Assembly: GCA_051362555.1 (NCBI GenBank)
Contig: CM120640.1
Location: forward strand, 4,402,001-4,466,000
Direction of reading: 5' to 3'
DNA from: Lingula anatina
Taxonomy: Eukaryota > Animalia > Brachiopoda
DNA: 64,000 nucleotides
The notes beneath the pieces are model-generated. The model did no database searches. It saw nothing but the letters and a program-made list of their open reading frames with translations, and was not told the origin of the DNA. Position numbers and translations under genes: made by a program. This document shows positions 1 through 13,353 of the stretch, piece by piece (position 1 is the stretch's first letter; each line of letters begins with the position of its first letter).

Positions 1-79
1 CTGTTTTAACTTACCACGGCGGTCCACACGTTTTAATACTGAGAATGATTTTATTTTAGAACATTCTGTTTTAGAGAAG

Positions 80-438
80 GGGTGCCTAAAAAGTTATGGA
101 GATCGTGCTTTTATAATCTACGCCCCAAGAGTGTGGAATGGTCTACCAAATTTTATTAGGAAAACAGAAGACTTTGACAATTTTAAATCTCTTTTAAAGA
201 CCCACTTTTTTAATTCTGTCTATATCTCTTAGATTTTATTTTAATATATATATGTTTTTTTTTTTTTTTTTTAATAAGATTGATTTTTAGTAGTGTAAAT
301 TTTAAATGGTTTCCAATGAGAGTTTATGATTAAAATATTGTAGTCATTTTAATGATTTTAGTATATTAGCCATAATTGTAAGGCGCCTTGAGATAGAATG
401 TAAGGCGCCATATAAGAATCTTATTATTATTATTATTA
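80..438 (+). mobile_element. 3' end of an L2/CR1-group LINE (RT C-terminus, 3' UTR, (TTA)n tail)
   Basis: The frame ending at TAG ~231 reads KSYGDRAFIIYAPRVWNGLPNFIRKTEDFDNFKSLLKTHFF, the typical L2-clade ORF2 C-terminus (GDRAF..AP.LWN.LP....FK..LKTHLF). The tail GTAAGGCGCCTTGAG..GTAAGGCGCCATATAAG is followed by (TTA)n to 438. Confidence 0.8.
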
Positions 439-1870
439 AGTTCGAAAATCGGCATGATCAGGCCACTATTTTAGTAGTTATGCTGATTTTTTCATTTTTC
501 AGCATATATGCAACACTGTAAACACAATATAAGAAAAACAGATAAGCCAATTGTCATTAAACTCACAGGAGTGGCCAATCTTACTAAAATGCAGGTTAAG
601 TTCGAAAATCAGCATAATCGGGCCATTATTTTAGAAGTTATGCTGTTTTTTCACATTTCCTCAGATTCAGTTCTTAGGCATGTTAATAGCCTTATTATTT
701 AACTAATTAGATACGTAAAAGTGTTTGTTTGACATTTCCTGCATCTTTACAACATTGTTAGTTGATTATGTAAAAATTATGGTAAACTTGTTATCGTGTT
801 TTGTGTAATAAAGTGTCAAAAATGGAAATAAACTCATATTATTGCAGTTTGTCAGATTCAATCATCCACTATGTTCAGAATCTCAGAATGGAGGAAATTG
901 GACATTTAACACTGTTCTATTGATATTTTTCCCATCTCATCAATTTTTTTAGTTGATCATATAAAAATTGCAGTAAACTGTTTATTTTGTTTTATGTTAA
1001 AAAAAGTGTTAAAAATGGAAATAAACCCATGTCAGAACAGTGCTGTCTTGTTTACATTTTGGCATTTTCAAGGTGTGACTTTGAAGTTCCATTGGCCTGA
1101 AGACCTTTGCTGGTCACGTTTTCTGAATGTCCATGTTACTAATATTTTATTATTAAAAATTGATGGTCATTATGCTGTTAAACATTATATGTAATGTTGC
1201 ATCAAAATTTGAAGAAACCCCTATTTTGGGCACTGCTCCCATGATGACCATTTCAGAAAAACCATGTCACTTACTGTTTTCAAACTTACAGGAAAGAAAC
1301 ATGGGACTAAAATACAGCTTCAGTAGGCAATGCAGTCTGTTTGGTAATTCTTACTGCCAGTTAAACAGTTTTTTTGTGACACTTTAATTTTTCACATATT
1401 GGCATTTTCAAGGTGTGACTTTGAAGTTCCACGGGCTTGAATACCCATGCTAGTCACATTTTCTGAAAATACATGATACGTATATTTTATTATTAAAAAT
1501 TGATGGTCATTATGCTGTTAACCATTATGTAATATTACATCAGAATAGAAGAAAACACAATTTTGGGTGCTGCTGCCATGATGACCATTATGGGAAAACT
1601 ATGTTACTTATGATTGCCAAACTTTCAAAAAAGAAATACAGGACTAAAAATGCAGCCTGAGTTGGAAAAACGGTCTAATTGGCTTCTTTTTCTGGAAGTT
1701 ATACATTTTCAAAGTGCGAGCTTGAACTCCCATGGGCCTGAAGCCTTATGCTTGTTACACATTTTACTTACATTGGTATTACCTGTTGAGCATTATTAAA
1801 ATTTGATGTTGAATTTGCAGTTTAACATAATGTACTTTTGCATCAGAATTGACAGTAGCCTATTTTGTGC
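439..1870 (+). mobile_element. Internal part of a Helentron-type (HINE-like) repeat with ~300-340-bp internal duplications
   Basis: ~600-1290 is the reverse complement of ~40277-40960, which carries a HINE 5' end. The motif GGCATTTTCAAGGTGTGACTTTGAAGTTCCA recurs at ~1061 and ~1401, and in degenerate form at ~1705. Confidence 0.6.
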
Positions 1871-2581
1871 ATAGTTATTTCCTGCTTTTTGTCTGTACAT
1901 TTGACAGCTTTGCTGCCTTGTTTATTCACATGTTTAACATTTATTTGTTTTGATCTTAGCTACATGGTTTAAGAAACTGTGCTATAGCTTTTACTTGATA
2001 CAGGATTTTTGGGGATAACTGAACAAATTATAGTTGATATCTCTTTAAAAGCTTATTTACATGTACCAGTATATAGAATGGGATACCTCCATCCAGATTC
2101 CACAACCTTGATAGAGCAACATTTTTGGAAATGTTTTAGCTGGATCCACTTTATTTCAAACACAGAAGCATCTTAATTGTGGGTACCTTGCATACGTTTG
2201 CGAATATTCAGTGCCTAGGTCACTATATCCAGTTTAGTGTTTCAATGCAGCATATAATCAGCAGTGTATTAAACTTCATGTTATTTTACTAGGAGACGAA
2301 GTGCCTTTTCACATCAAATATTGTATATTTATAATTACATCTGTAACAGAGGTATATTTTGGCTGATTAACTGCTTAATAGCCTGGCTATTCTGGGATAA
2401 AAAAACCTAAGAGGAACCCATGAAGAACCTCTCATGACACACTGCTTTAGATGGCCTTAAGACCAGGCTTGAAATAATTGAAAACTGAATTAAACAAGGC
2501 AAAGTGAAAATGAGTTTAGACAAATGTACTATGTTCATAAATATAACATATTCATAATATTGCTTTGTTTGTTTTTTGCAG

Positions 2582-5500
2582 GTCTTGAGGCAGTTCATTC
2601 AGAATTGCTTAAATGAGCTGAGCAGGACAGGATTTCTGTCCATTGCATTCCCTGCCATAGGCACAGGGAACTTGGGCTTTCCAAAGGATCTTGTTGCCAA
2701 AGCCATGTTTGAAGAAATCAAGAATTTTAGTAGCGCTAATTCCCGCACAAGCCTGAAAGATGTACTCTTTGTGATTTATGAGAAAGATTTTCCACTTATT
2801 AAAGTAAGCACATATGAAATTTTACTGTATGAAATACGAATGATGTCATCTGGTGATGTACATGTATTATTACACTGTTTGAAAATAATCATGTAGCCAA
2901 CTATAATAATCACCTTGACTTTTCTACTTATTTCTACATGTATTAAGGAAGATGATGAAAAGAAATTTGCTGAATTTTTATAAATTGTTAAATTATTGCA
3001 TGGAAGTATACTTCCATGGTTATAGATGACTGAAAACTTTAATTGGGTCTTGAAGAGAAATTTATTCTTAGGACCAGACAGCAAGATAACTTTGTCCTTG
3101 CTGTTTGTAGATTTATCTATATAACCTTTGGTATGCTTGATGAGGACTGACATTTGATCGACAGTATTTTTCCCACTAGCTTGCTTGTTCATGAAGGTGA
3201 CATTTTTTAGAACATGGTATGTAATTTTCTGCAGTTATGTGAACAGTGATGGCAGATCTGTTTATCTCAGTCTGCTGTAAGTGAGTAAAAAAAATTGGAT
3301 GGGCATGCCATCAAGCCTAGAGAGGGTTGGGCAAAATTGAACTGAAAAGTCATTCATATTGCTACTATTTCTGAATTTATTTTAGGCTTTTGAGGATGAA
3401 CTTCAGCGTGTGCAAGGCAAAGGAGGGATGGGAGCAAAACCTAAAAGAAAAAGAAAGAGCAAGGCAGGAACTTCTGAAGGTGGTAGGTATATCTGCTTTT
3501 TTGAAAATGTTTCATTGAGGATTTGTTTGCTTTAATAAACAAAGAATCGTAATCTACCGTATGCACATCTTTTATTGAATGTGTTTATTGGGGATTTCTA
3601 ATTAGGTTTAGAAAAACAAAAAAAAAGTGGATTGGTAAACCCTAGTTTGATGTGGGTTGCCATGTTTTTAGCAGAGAGAGATAGCTGAATGCGCAACTTG
3701 ATGTGAGAATGCTATGTTCTTGGTTGCTTTGTTACAGGTGGCTCCCTCTATACCAACCTGACAAGCCACACTCCTGGGGGTTACCAAATGAAGATTGGCA
3801 AGATCTGTGTTCAAATCCAGAAAGATGATATTACCAAAGAAAATGTGGGAGCAATAGTTAACAGTTCAAATCCCACTCTGGACTTGTCAATGGGTAAATG
3901 TATTTTGTTTAAGCTTGTCTTGTATGAAGTTAAATATTATGATGGTTAAGGCACTGAAGTTTCTTTATTTAACAAAAAAAATTTTTTTTTAAATGAAGTA
4001 AAAAGCATTCATTAGGCCACCAAAATATATGGAATATTGTTCATGCCACGCAGCTATACTTTTTTATCTTTAAATACAGCAATGAATGTGTGCATAGAAA
4101 TGAAAGTTTCTTAACCTGTCTGAATGCTTAACACAGGTGGTGTGTCCAAGGCAATTGTTAACAGTGGAGGGAGTGCTATCCTGGATGAATGTAGAAAGAA
4201 GGGTGAGAATAAACAGCATTCATATTTTTAACATCAACTTAAATTGTAAATATTCTTGGAGGCTTGGCATTGTCAGAAAATATAAGATACATAATAATAT
4301 TGGGAAAGTGTGAAAAAAAGATTTTATTTTTTGTATGCATTTTTTCTACAGATATTTATTGATGTTTGAAATATCCATTTTCTAAGATAAAAGGCAATTT
4401 TGGAGAAAAAAAATTAAAATAACTTACATACCTGGAACTTGATTTTACATTTTAACTTTTTTTCAGTGTAAATTTTGTAGTTTACGGTAAAGTCTTGAAA
4501 ATTTCGTCGCTTAAAAATTAATTAATATTTTTAATTGTGTAAATCCGACTAATTTTTCAAAATCACCTCTCCCCGACTCCTGGGTATGACGAAATTTTCA
4601 AAAATCCGGCCTTTGGGCTTTTATCCTTAGCGACTGTTATCTTTGACCTTCCTATATGGTGGGATATTTATTACTACTTCCTAAGTCATGTTCTGGTGGT
4701 AAATAGTAATCTATTTATTAGTGCATCTCGATTAAGTTATATTTAACATACTGTACCCGAAAACATGTTGAGAATTATTTTCTCGGTAAGAAACATACCT
4801 CCTGATAGAGGAGAAGGATCAAGATAAGCCTAATTGCAACCTTGCATCATAACCTGGACGCGACATGTTAAAAAAAAATTACGCACTTGGGAACGTTTGT
4901 TTCATGCAGGGCTTTCCCCAGGATTGAGTGTCAGGCCTTCTTAAATTACCATCTGTAACTTCCTAAAAATTTACAGGGAGTTAAAATAATGATCTCCCGT
5001 TGACGATCTTCCGCAATTTAAGTTCCTTGAACTAATATGAAAACTGCATTTTTTTTATTGCTTACATCGCTAACAATCTCCCGATGAAGATGTGAAAATT
5101 GCCTGTTCGTCTAGCAAGGATCGCGAACGATCTCCCGCTGACGATCTTCCGCGAACGAAGTTCCCTAAATCCCTTGAACTAATATGAAAATTGCATTTCA
5201 TTCTTGCTTACATCGCGGACGATCTCCCAATGATGATTTTAAGCGAACAAAGTCCTGACGATAGTACGCAAACGATTATCCGCCGAAGATATGCCGTGAG
5301 CGGGGAAGTGGGGGGTTAAAAATAAAACTAAATATATATATATATATTATTTATAATATTCAAAGGGGGAGACGGATTTAAAATAATGATCTCCCGCTGA
5401 CGATCGCAAACTAAGTTCCTTGAACTAATATGAAAACTGCATTTTATTATTGCTTACATCGCGAACAATCTTCCGATGAAGATATGAAAATTGCCTTTAC

Positions 5501-8500
5501 GTCAAGCCAGGATCGCGAACGATCTCCCTCTGATATGATCTTACGCGAACAAAGTCCTGAGGATATTACGCGAACGATTCTCCGCCGAAGATATAACGTG
5601 AGCGGGGGAAGGAGGGGCGGATTAAAGATCAAATGAAAATGAATATTTTGTGTGGGGGGGGGGAGGGAGGGGGGGTTAAATAATCTCCCGCTGACGATCT
5701 TCCGCGAACAAAGTTCCCTAAATCCCTTGAACTATTATGAAAATTGCATTTCATTCTTGCTTACATCGCGAACGACCTCCCGATGATGATATGAAAATTG
5801 CCTTTTCGTCTCGCTCGGATCGCGAACGATCTCCCTCTGACGATCTTACGCGAACAAAGTCTTGACGATATTACGCGATCGATTCTCCGCTGAAGATATG
5901 CCGTGAGCGGGGGAAGGGGGGGGGTTAAAGATAAAATGAAAAATATATATTATTTATAAAATTCAAAGGGGGAGGGGGGGGGTTAAAATAATGATCTCCT
6001 GCTGACGATCTTCCACGAACGAAGTTCCCTTGAACAAATATGATAAGTGCATTTTATTCGCGCTTACATCGCGAACGATCTCCCGCTGAAGATCTGAAGA
6101 TTGCCTTTTCATCTCTCTCGAATCGCAAACGATCTCCCGCTGATGATCTTATGCGAACGGAGTCCGCTACAAATATGAAAATTATCTTCTCGTCTCGTTT
6201 GGATCGCGAACGATCTGTTGACGATATTACGCGAACGATTCTCCGCTGAAGACATGAAAATTGCCATCTCGTCCCATTCGCATTGCGAACGATCTCCATG
6301 CACGAGCCAGGTAATCGTTAAATGGTCCTAAATTGAACATGGACATGAATAGAAGTGACGGGTCCATTTCACTTCGAGATAATATCTTGATTTTTTCATT
6401 GTGTCTTCCTCATTTAGGACAGCCGCCGATAACAATAACGGCGTTACAAATGACAAAGCCGCGGCCTGTGACTTCTATTTGCCGGCTTGATAACGCACCT
6501 TAAGCCAGGTAATAGTAATGCAACTAAAGACAAAAGGCCGACGTTCCCGCAATTGAGAACGGGAATTCACATCTAAACCATCTATATTGTGAGTAACCGC
6601 TCGCAGGGGCGCACTATTGTTCCTATCTCCCATTGAGAGTGTTATCGGCAATGATATCCTGATCGTATCATTGTCTTGAATCAACTGACGCATTACCTTC
6701 ATGTTTGAGCTGGACAACGCGGCCATATTTGGTGACGAACTTTTCAAAAATTATCGATTACCTCATTTTTAAGGTCGACGAAGTTTTCAAAGGGAAAAAA
6801 ATTACGTCGGCGGAAAATCTGCCGACGAAATTTTCAAGACTTTACCGTACTCAAAACTTAATTAAATAAGTCAACTTTTAGAGAATTGTTATTTGGAGAT
6901 ATTTGGGAAAACATGAAGTTATGTTCCTGTGTCTAACCTCAAATGCATTAATTACAGGTCAAACGATGGGTGGTCTAGCTCTGACAGGAGCAGGGAAATT
7001 GAAATGCAAGTACATAATTCACTTTGATGCTCAGGTGTACTTCTATGGTAAATGGAAGGAGGCTGTCATCAAGTGCTTAGAAATGGCAGAGTCTCTAGGT
7101 CTAAAGTCTGTGGCTTTCCCTGCACTTGGAACAGGTAATGGATCAAAGCATTTGCTTTTAACTAAAACTAGAGATAAGTCTATCCTCTGTATATGTTATG
7201 AGTGCATCTGAGACGATCCATCCATCTTTAAGAAACTCTCCTTTTCTTAGAACCCCTCCTCCAGTCATATTCGTATTTAGAATATTCTGGAAAGATTCTT
7301 TCATTTCCTAATTGACACCTTGATTGGCTGTCATTTAGAACTAAGCTTATTAAACTAAGAAGTAGTACAACTATAGAGTAGCCTGCGTTTTAGTTTTGGG
7401 TGTTCTAATTTCAAGAAATTTTGACTTAAAAATACAGTATCTATCTATATATTCACAATTTTTCCTCATTGAAAAGATTGAGTAATTATAGTATATTTTT
7501 ATCATATATTGTAGGTGCACTTGGATATAATAATAACCCAGAGTCAATTGCCTCATACATGTTGGAGGGTATTGCTGACTTCTACATTAATGTTAATCCA
7601 GTTAATGTCATGCTGGTAAGGATTACTCTGTTTCAACCACATCTGCTACCTATATTTCAAAAGGTGATGAAGAACAAGCATGGGACACCATTAAAGGACA
7701 ACAGAGGTATCTTAAAAAAAGTGTGGGGTAAGTTTGATATAATGTTGTTTAAATTACTATGTGTTTTACAAGGCAGTAATGTCACATTAATTTGATCAGA
7801 AAGTGCATGTAAATGAAGGAGATCTGAAAATATTTTTAAAATATCTTTTCACATGTGATGTCGAAAAAAATTTAATATATTTGTCATCATACTATGAACC
7901 ATTTTCATTCATTGTAACACTTTCGATATTCTTTCTTTCTTGAAGATACCGTTCGAAGGCATTCATGGAAAGGGAGTGAAGTTTTGGAAAGGGAGAAAAA
8001 AGTGTTGGTTCTTGACATCTATGCAAAGGACAAGAAATCTTCTGATGCTGCAGTGCAGGGTATAGAGGACATAGTGAGAGATGAAATGGAGGACAGAATG
8101 ATAACAGATGATGAAATAGCAAGGTTCTCACCAGAACAGGTATGTTTTAAAACAGTTTCTCTAGATCTGTGGCGGAATTAGGGGGGTGTCAGGGGGATCC
8201 TGACACCACAACCACCACCACCCCCTTCGATTTCTGAGAAAAATCACACCAATGATCCTCTCTTAAAGTTAGAGTTTTAACCAGCTAAATCATAGTTAGA
8301 ACCCTACCAAATGGCATGATTCATTCGCCCTCCAAAATACCAAAAATTTTCAGGGCCCTTTAGCGACCCCATAACTCACGCCAAGGGGGGTGGGAGGTTC
8401 AGCTAATTCACATCCGCAATCCCCAGACACTTCAGCATCAACAGCTTTTGTTGATGCTAAAATGATTGAAATGAAACTACTTAAAAGTGTGCATGTGTGA

Positions 8501-10756
8501 GAGAAAGAGGAGGAGGGGGAGGTAAAATGGGGAATATGAATAATAAAAATATGTGCACAAAAATACATGTACTTTCCATATTGCCATAGGTGGATAGACT
8601 GAGGGATCTGGAAAAGAAACTGGATGTCCAGATGAACATAGAGATTCTAGGTGTCAATAGAGTCAACCGCATTCGTATACAGGGTCACAAACAAGATGTG
8701 GCCAAAGTAGTGGAAGAGTACCATAAAATCCTGAGAGAGTTGAAGGACCATGACTTGAAAATTGCAGAAGCTGAGGCATGTGCCAAGGAAGTTATGTGGT
8801 AATTGTTCTTTTGTGTTTTTTCCCATATTTGATAATTAACTCTAACTAGATTGTTATGCCTTTGAAATAGAAACTTTTTATATTTTCCATTTTATATTCT
8901 TTGTGTTTTAAAAAACGTATTTTGAATGGAATTATTTCTGTTGTACTCAAGCAAACAAACTTTAAGAATCAAATTTCCTTGAATAAGACTTAAAAGATTA
9001 TTCTCACCATTTAATATTTTGTTTTTGCCAAAGGATGTTTATTGATGGTGGAAAAAATCATCAGTATGACATGATGCTGAATGCTGATATTGAGAAAGCA
9101 TATCAAGCCAACAAAAGAGGGAGATACAAGTACAAGATCGAAGCTGGACAAACTTTAGAAATCAACTTTGCTAAGATGGAAGAAATGGTGTTGGCAGATA
9201 CAACTAGTGGCATTAAAGTTCTGCGAAAGAATTTGAAAGGTATCTTAAAACTGCTTCCATGTATTTATGATTTTTTTTTCTAAGAAAAAATTTCAGAATG
9301 AAATTAATGTTTCCCTTTCACTTTTCTCCTTTTTAAAATTGATTTTGAGGTTTTTGCAAACAATGGTCTAAATTTCCCCAGAAGACATAACTGCTTCTTT
9401 AATTTTATGTTTTCAGAAATGCAAAACCTCCCTGACGATTGGAGCCCCATGCCTAAGGGTAAAAGTCAGGTTTCAATACCAATTGCACAGTCCACACAGG
9501 AATACAAAATGGTCAAGACAAAGTTAATGCATACTGCTCAAGGTTGCATTAATCAAATTCTTAAGGTAATGTGCATGCGTAACTGCATGGACTTTCTTGC
9601 ATACATCTAAGACTAAATATATGCATACTGTGTATATGGAGTCCTAGAATATATAGTGTACAACCCCTCAATTTAGTTTAATTTTCTTTGAAATATAAAT
9701 TTGTTATGCGTTTGAAATACTATTTCTTTTAACTATCCTAAAGATAATTTCAGTGTCATCCCTTCAAAGAAGTATTAGATCAAATATTTTTAAAATGTGC
9801 AAGCAATGCATTTCACTGTACCTTTTGAGTGCTGAAAAGTTTGAAGAGCACGTTTCAAGTTGAACTGTTCATTGTATATTAGATTGAAAGGATTCAGAAC
9901 CCCACACTGTACAAGTCGTATATGGTAAAGAAAGAGGACATGGAGACACGCAACCCTGGCTTACAAAATGTGAGAGAACTTTTCCATGGAACCAGTGAAG
10001 AGACTCTACCAAGCATAAATAACACTGGTTTCAATAGAAGTTACTGTGGTAAAAATGGTAAGGCTTTGTAGGTGTTACATAGATCACTTTAGTTGTACTC
10101 CACATAACTTGGCATTTTGAGTGCTGCATTGAGACCAAAAAAAATCTGTTTTTGCAAAAATTTGTTTGGCTATGTTGATACTTATGTTTTAGCTATAATA
10201 CCAATTAAATAAAATATGGGGTGGGATGGGGCCAGTTAAAAAAAACTCCCTGATCTGAGTCAAAACTTAATTCATGTGCAATATGTTTTGTGAGGTCTAC
10301 CAAGTTAGGGAAAAAATACATGTATATCAACTTTTTTTCAGAAAACTAACCTCTCCTTTGAAATTGCTGGCTACAGGCTTGGCTACCACCAAAATGTACC
10401 AAAATGTACATGTACCTCTAGAAAAAAAGAAGTATGATATGTTCACAGTTTAAGTTCATAGTATGGTTCACATTTCAGCCACCATGTATGGTAGAGGGGT
10501 GTATTTCGCAACCCAGTCTGTTTATGCTGCAAGGGACCAGTATGCCAGACCAAACATCAATGGAGAGTGTCACATCTACCTGGCTAAAGTTCTGACTGGA
10601 GACTATACAGCAGGGAACCAGTCTCTGATTGTGCCACCTCTAAAACAAGGGAGCCAGCACTATGATTCTGTGGTTGATGATCCAAACAACCCTGGGATAT
10701 TTGTGATCTTTTCCGACAATCAAGCGTATCCGGAGTATTTGATAACATTTAATTGA
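2582..10756 (+). CDS. PARP14: PARP14-like macro-PARP mono-ADP-ribosyltransferase, gene A (3' part; 5' exons lie upstream of the window)
   Basis: GT-AG exons 2582-2803, 3386-3482, 3738-3893, 4137-4202, 6958-7134, 7515-7727, 7946-8139, 8590-8798, 9034-9239, 9417-9565, 9883-10057, 10479-10756 join in frame. Domains: Macro2 C-half (SIAFPAIGTGNLGFP), Macro3 (DDITKE..AIVNS..GGVSKAI..FPALGTG), KH-like segment, WWE (WMF..YDM..IEKAY..INF..MEE), ART ([55 protein letters not shown]) with an H-Y-I triad. Orthology to PARP14 versus PARP15 is not resolved. Confidence 0.92.
4485..6847. mobile_element. Non-autonomous TA-targeting DNA transposon (Tc1/mariner superfamily-like) in a gene A intron
   Basis: TIR CGGTAAAGTCTTGAAAATTTCGTCG at 4485 and its reverse complement ending at 6847. 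TA duplication at 4483-84 and 6848-49. Subterminal GACGAA(A/C/G)TTTTCAA repeats. The paralogous gene B intron (~32670-32690) is an empty site. Confidence 0.85.
4976..6297. repeat. Complex CpG-rich tandem repeat inside the TA-flanked element
   Basis: Recurring subunits CGCGAACGATCTCCCGCTGACGATCTT and ATATGAAAATTGC are arranged in about four higher-order units of ~290-400 bp separated by G-runs. Confidence 0.85.
8168..8400. mobile_element. hAT-like MITE fragment, same family as 62725-62935
   Basis: Shares C(A/T)GTGGCGGA(A/T)TTAGGGG..GTCAGGGGGATCCTGAC(C)nTTCGATTTCTGA with the 62.7-kb copy. Confidence 0.55.
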
Positions 10757-10980
10757 TTCCTGATTGGAAAAGTTAAGACCAGTTGGAACTGTTGGGTGAA
10801 CTGATGTTTAAGTAACTGAGGATTCGAGGAACCAAACTTTCAGTATCTGTAGAGCACATTTTCGTGGTTAAACATTTAATCAATTACAATGAATATGTAT
10901 CACACACATAGTGGAATAATTTCAGTCAGAATTAATTTTCTCACATTATTTACAAATGCATTCTGTGTATAAGAGACTAA

Positions 10981-11343
10981 TACCTCATTCACACCAGTAC
11001 TTTTAACCGCAGTCAAGGCCTGACCTGGGTCCTATCACAGTTAACTTTTCTAATGTGAACGGATGACGTAGCCCTGACCGTGGTCGAAATTAACCCAGAT
11101 CGGGGAGGTGGGTATAATCGGAGTAAACTCCTGACCGCGGTCAAGATCAGATGTCTACATATGAAGCGCACGCGCACATGTGTATGTCATTTGAGCTCCT
11201 GCCATGTTGCACAATGCTAGTAAGAGCGCATGCTTGACAGGATGCTGAGATTCTACCGCTACTGATCGCTGCCAGTGTCAGTGTGAACACGGTTTGGACA
11301 CGGTATGGTTGACTGCGGTTAACGTTCTAGTGTGAATGGCCTA
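10981..11343. mobile_element. PIF/Harbinger-type MITE in the probable 3' UTR of gene A
   Basis: Imperfect ~35-bp TIRs (CATTCACACCAGTACTTTTAACCGCAGTCAA / TTGACTGCGGTTAACGTTCTAGTGTGAATG) flanked by TAA at 10978-80 and 11344-46. Confidence 0.75.
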
Positions 11344-11484
11344 TAAAACTTGAGGTTTTTACTTAATACCCAATAATGAATAAGAAATCATTATGCCTAT
11401 ATTCTTTGAAATGATTGTATTTAATTTTATAGAATTAGTGCGTGTATTAGATATACCTTTGCTTCAATCTTGATTGTTTCTATT

Positions 11485-11488
<4 letters not shown>

Positions 11489-11535
<47 letters not shown>
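11489..11535. repeat. (TA)n microsatellite
   Basis: Uninterrupted run of TA dinucleotides. Confidence 0.95.
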
Positions 11536-11538
<3 letters not shown>

Positions 11539-13141
11539 TTTATAATTGCCATGTATACGAAGCAGTACTTAGTTTCAAAAAAAATTATTCAATTTAATAT
11601 CTTCTTTTGACATAAAATTTGATTTTCAAATTAACTGTGTGATATCTTAAGCTATGTGTGGGTTTTGTGTTTCAGCATCTTAAAGTAATTATATTGAGTA
11701 ATAGTAGTAATAGTAATTTTTTTTTTTTTTTAATAGTAAATAAGTAAATATTCTTACTCATTGTGATTGTTTAATAACATATTCACAAAAATTATATTCA
11801 TATTGTCATTTTCATCCACACAAGTGGATGCATATGTTACAGTGAAATAAACTAAACTATATTATAAAACCCATCATCAAGTGATGACATATGTGTATTA
11901 ATTAATTGTAATCTGTTGTAATAATCTAGCTGGTAATTGGTACAGCAATAAATTGAATTGAAAATTGCTCTACCATTGTAGTGTATTGTACTGCAATGGT
12001 GCAATTTATTACAAAGAAAATTACAAAGGATAATTTAAAGAAACATAGAATAAGAAACTGTATACATGTACTTACAAGTATCATGCACCAATAAAGCATC
12101 GCCATTGATTATATACATTTTTCTATGCAATTTAATGCAAACCTAAGACATACAAAACAATATGCCTTCTATCTCTACACTAAAGTAAAAAAAATACAAT
12201 ACTCCCCCACACTGATACTCTCCCGCATCATTACTCCCCTATATGCAATATTTACATATTACCGAAATTGTTCCTCATTGATATTATTTTTAAAAAGGCC
12301 ATATAAATTTGGTAAGTTGGCTACCTTATCTTGGATGAATCAATTGTATGAATATCAAATGGAAATATGGATTGGGTATTGGTGTGTTACGTTGAAAAAT
12401 TTACAACTGGGAAACCCTTGATAATGTTGCTTTTATGATTTTAAGTTAGATTTGACATTCCCCTTTGAATAAATCGTATTTTTTAAAAAATACATAGAAT
12501 TTAATTGTTATGCTCATTAACCATAGTTAAATTTACAAAATGAAATTCGTCTACCAACTGTATACAGTCGCTGCTTGTTAACCAACTTATCAATTTTGTT
12601 TAGCCTAAGGCTATGTAGATCTACATTACCAGAATTTTTAGGGGCTCAAAAACCGCTATTCTCTTCATTAATGTAGAGTTGTTCTGTCCTGCACCAGTGA
12701 TTGTAAATGTTAGTTGAAATACAGTTATCTAACATCGTCCATCTTTGTTAATGATAGGTCTATAATTAAATCCTTTCTTTTGACTTGCTTAACCAGACTG
12801 GATGGGGCACATGTACGTAAAGGTGGTACAAGACAAAAGGTCAGTGCTATTCCTGATTTTATTTATAACGATTTCTCCACATGCTGACAATATGAACTAC
12901 ATGTATCAGATGTGTAATCTGTGTCAGGATGCAGGAATGCATTCAGCCATATGGACCATAGTATGTTTGAATTCCCCATTTATTGGTTCTATGTACTGAC
13001 CCCGTTACGTGGGTTAATCATGTTAGTCCCAGGATTTTAACAATATTCCACCGCTCTGAAGGATTTCTGATGTTACATTTAAGGCATTATTTTCTTGTCC
13101 TAGATTTTTATTACAAATAAAATCTAAAGACAACACAATAA

Positions 13142-13322
13142 TTCCTAGAACCCCCAATAATTGTAAAATCTTACATTTTCACAAAGACAAAAGGCAGTAA
13201 TCGCTTAATTAGCCTAAACTGCCTTTTTATTTTTCAATAATTCAACGAATGGAGCGGTTCCTGGAGAAAAGACTATGGTGCGTAATTTGTCTTTGGATAA
13301 AACAGACTTAAAGTAAAATAGA

Positions 13323-13353
<31 letters not shown>

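Noticed and set aside
5430-6303. Short RERSP-rich ORFs on both strands
   Set aside because: They are by-products of the CpG-rich tandem repeat inside a TIR element that is absent from the paralogous intron.
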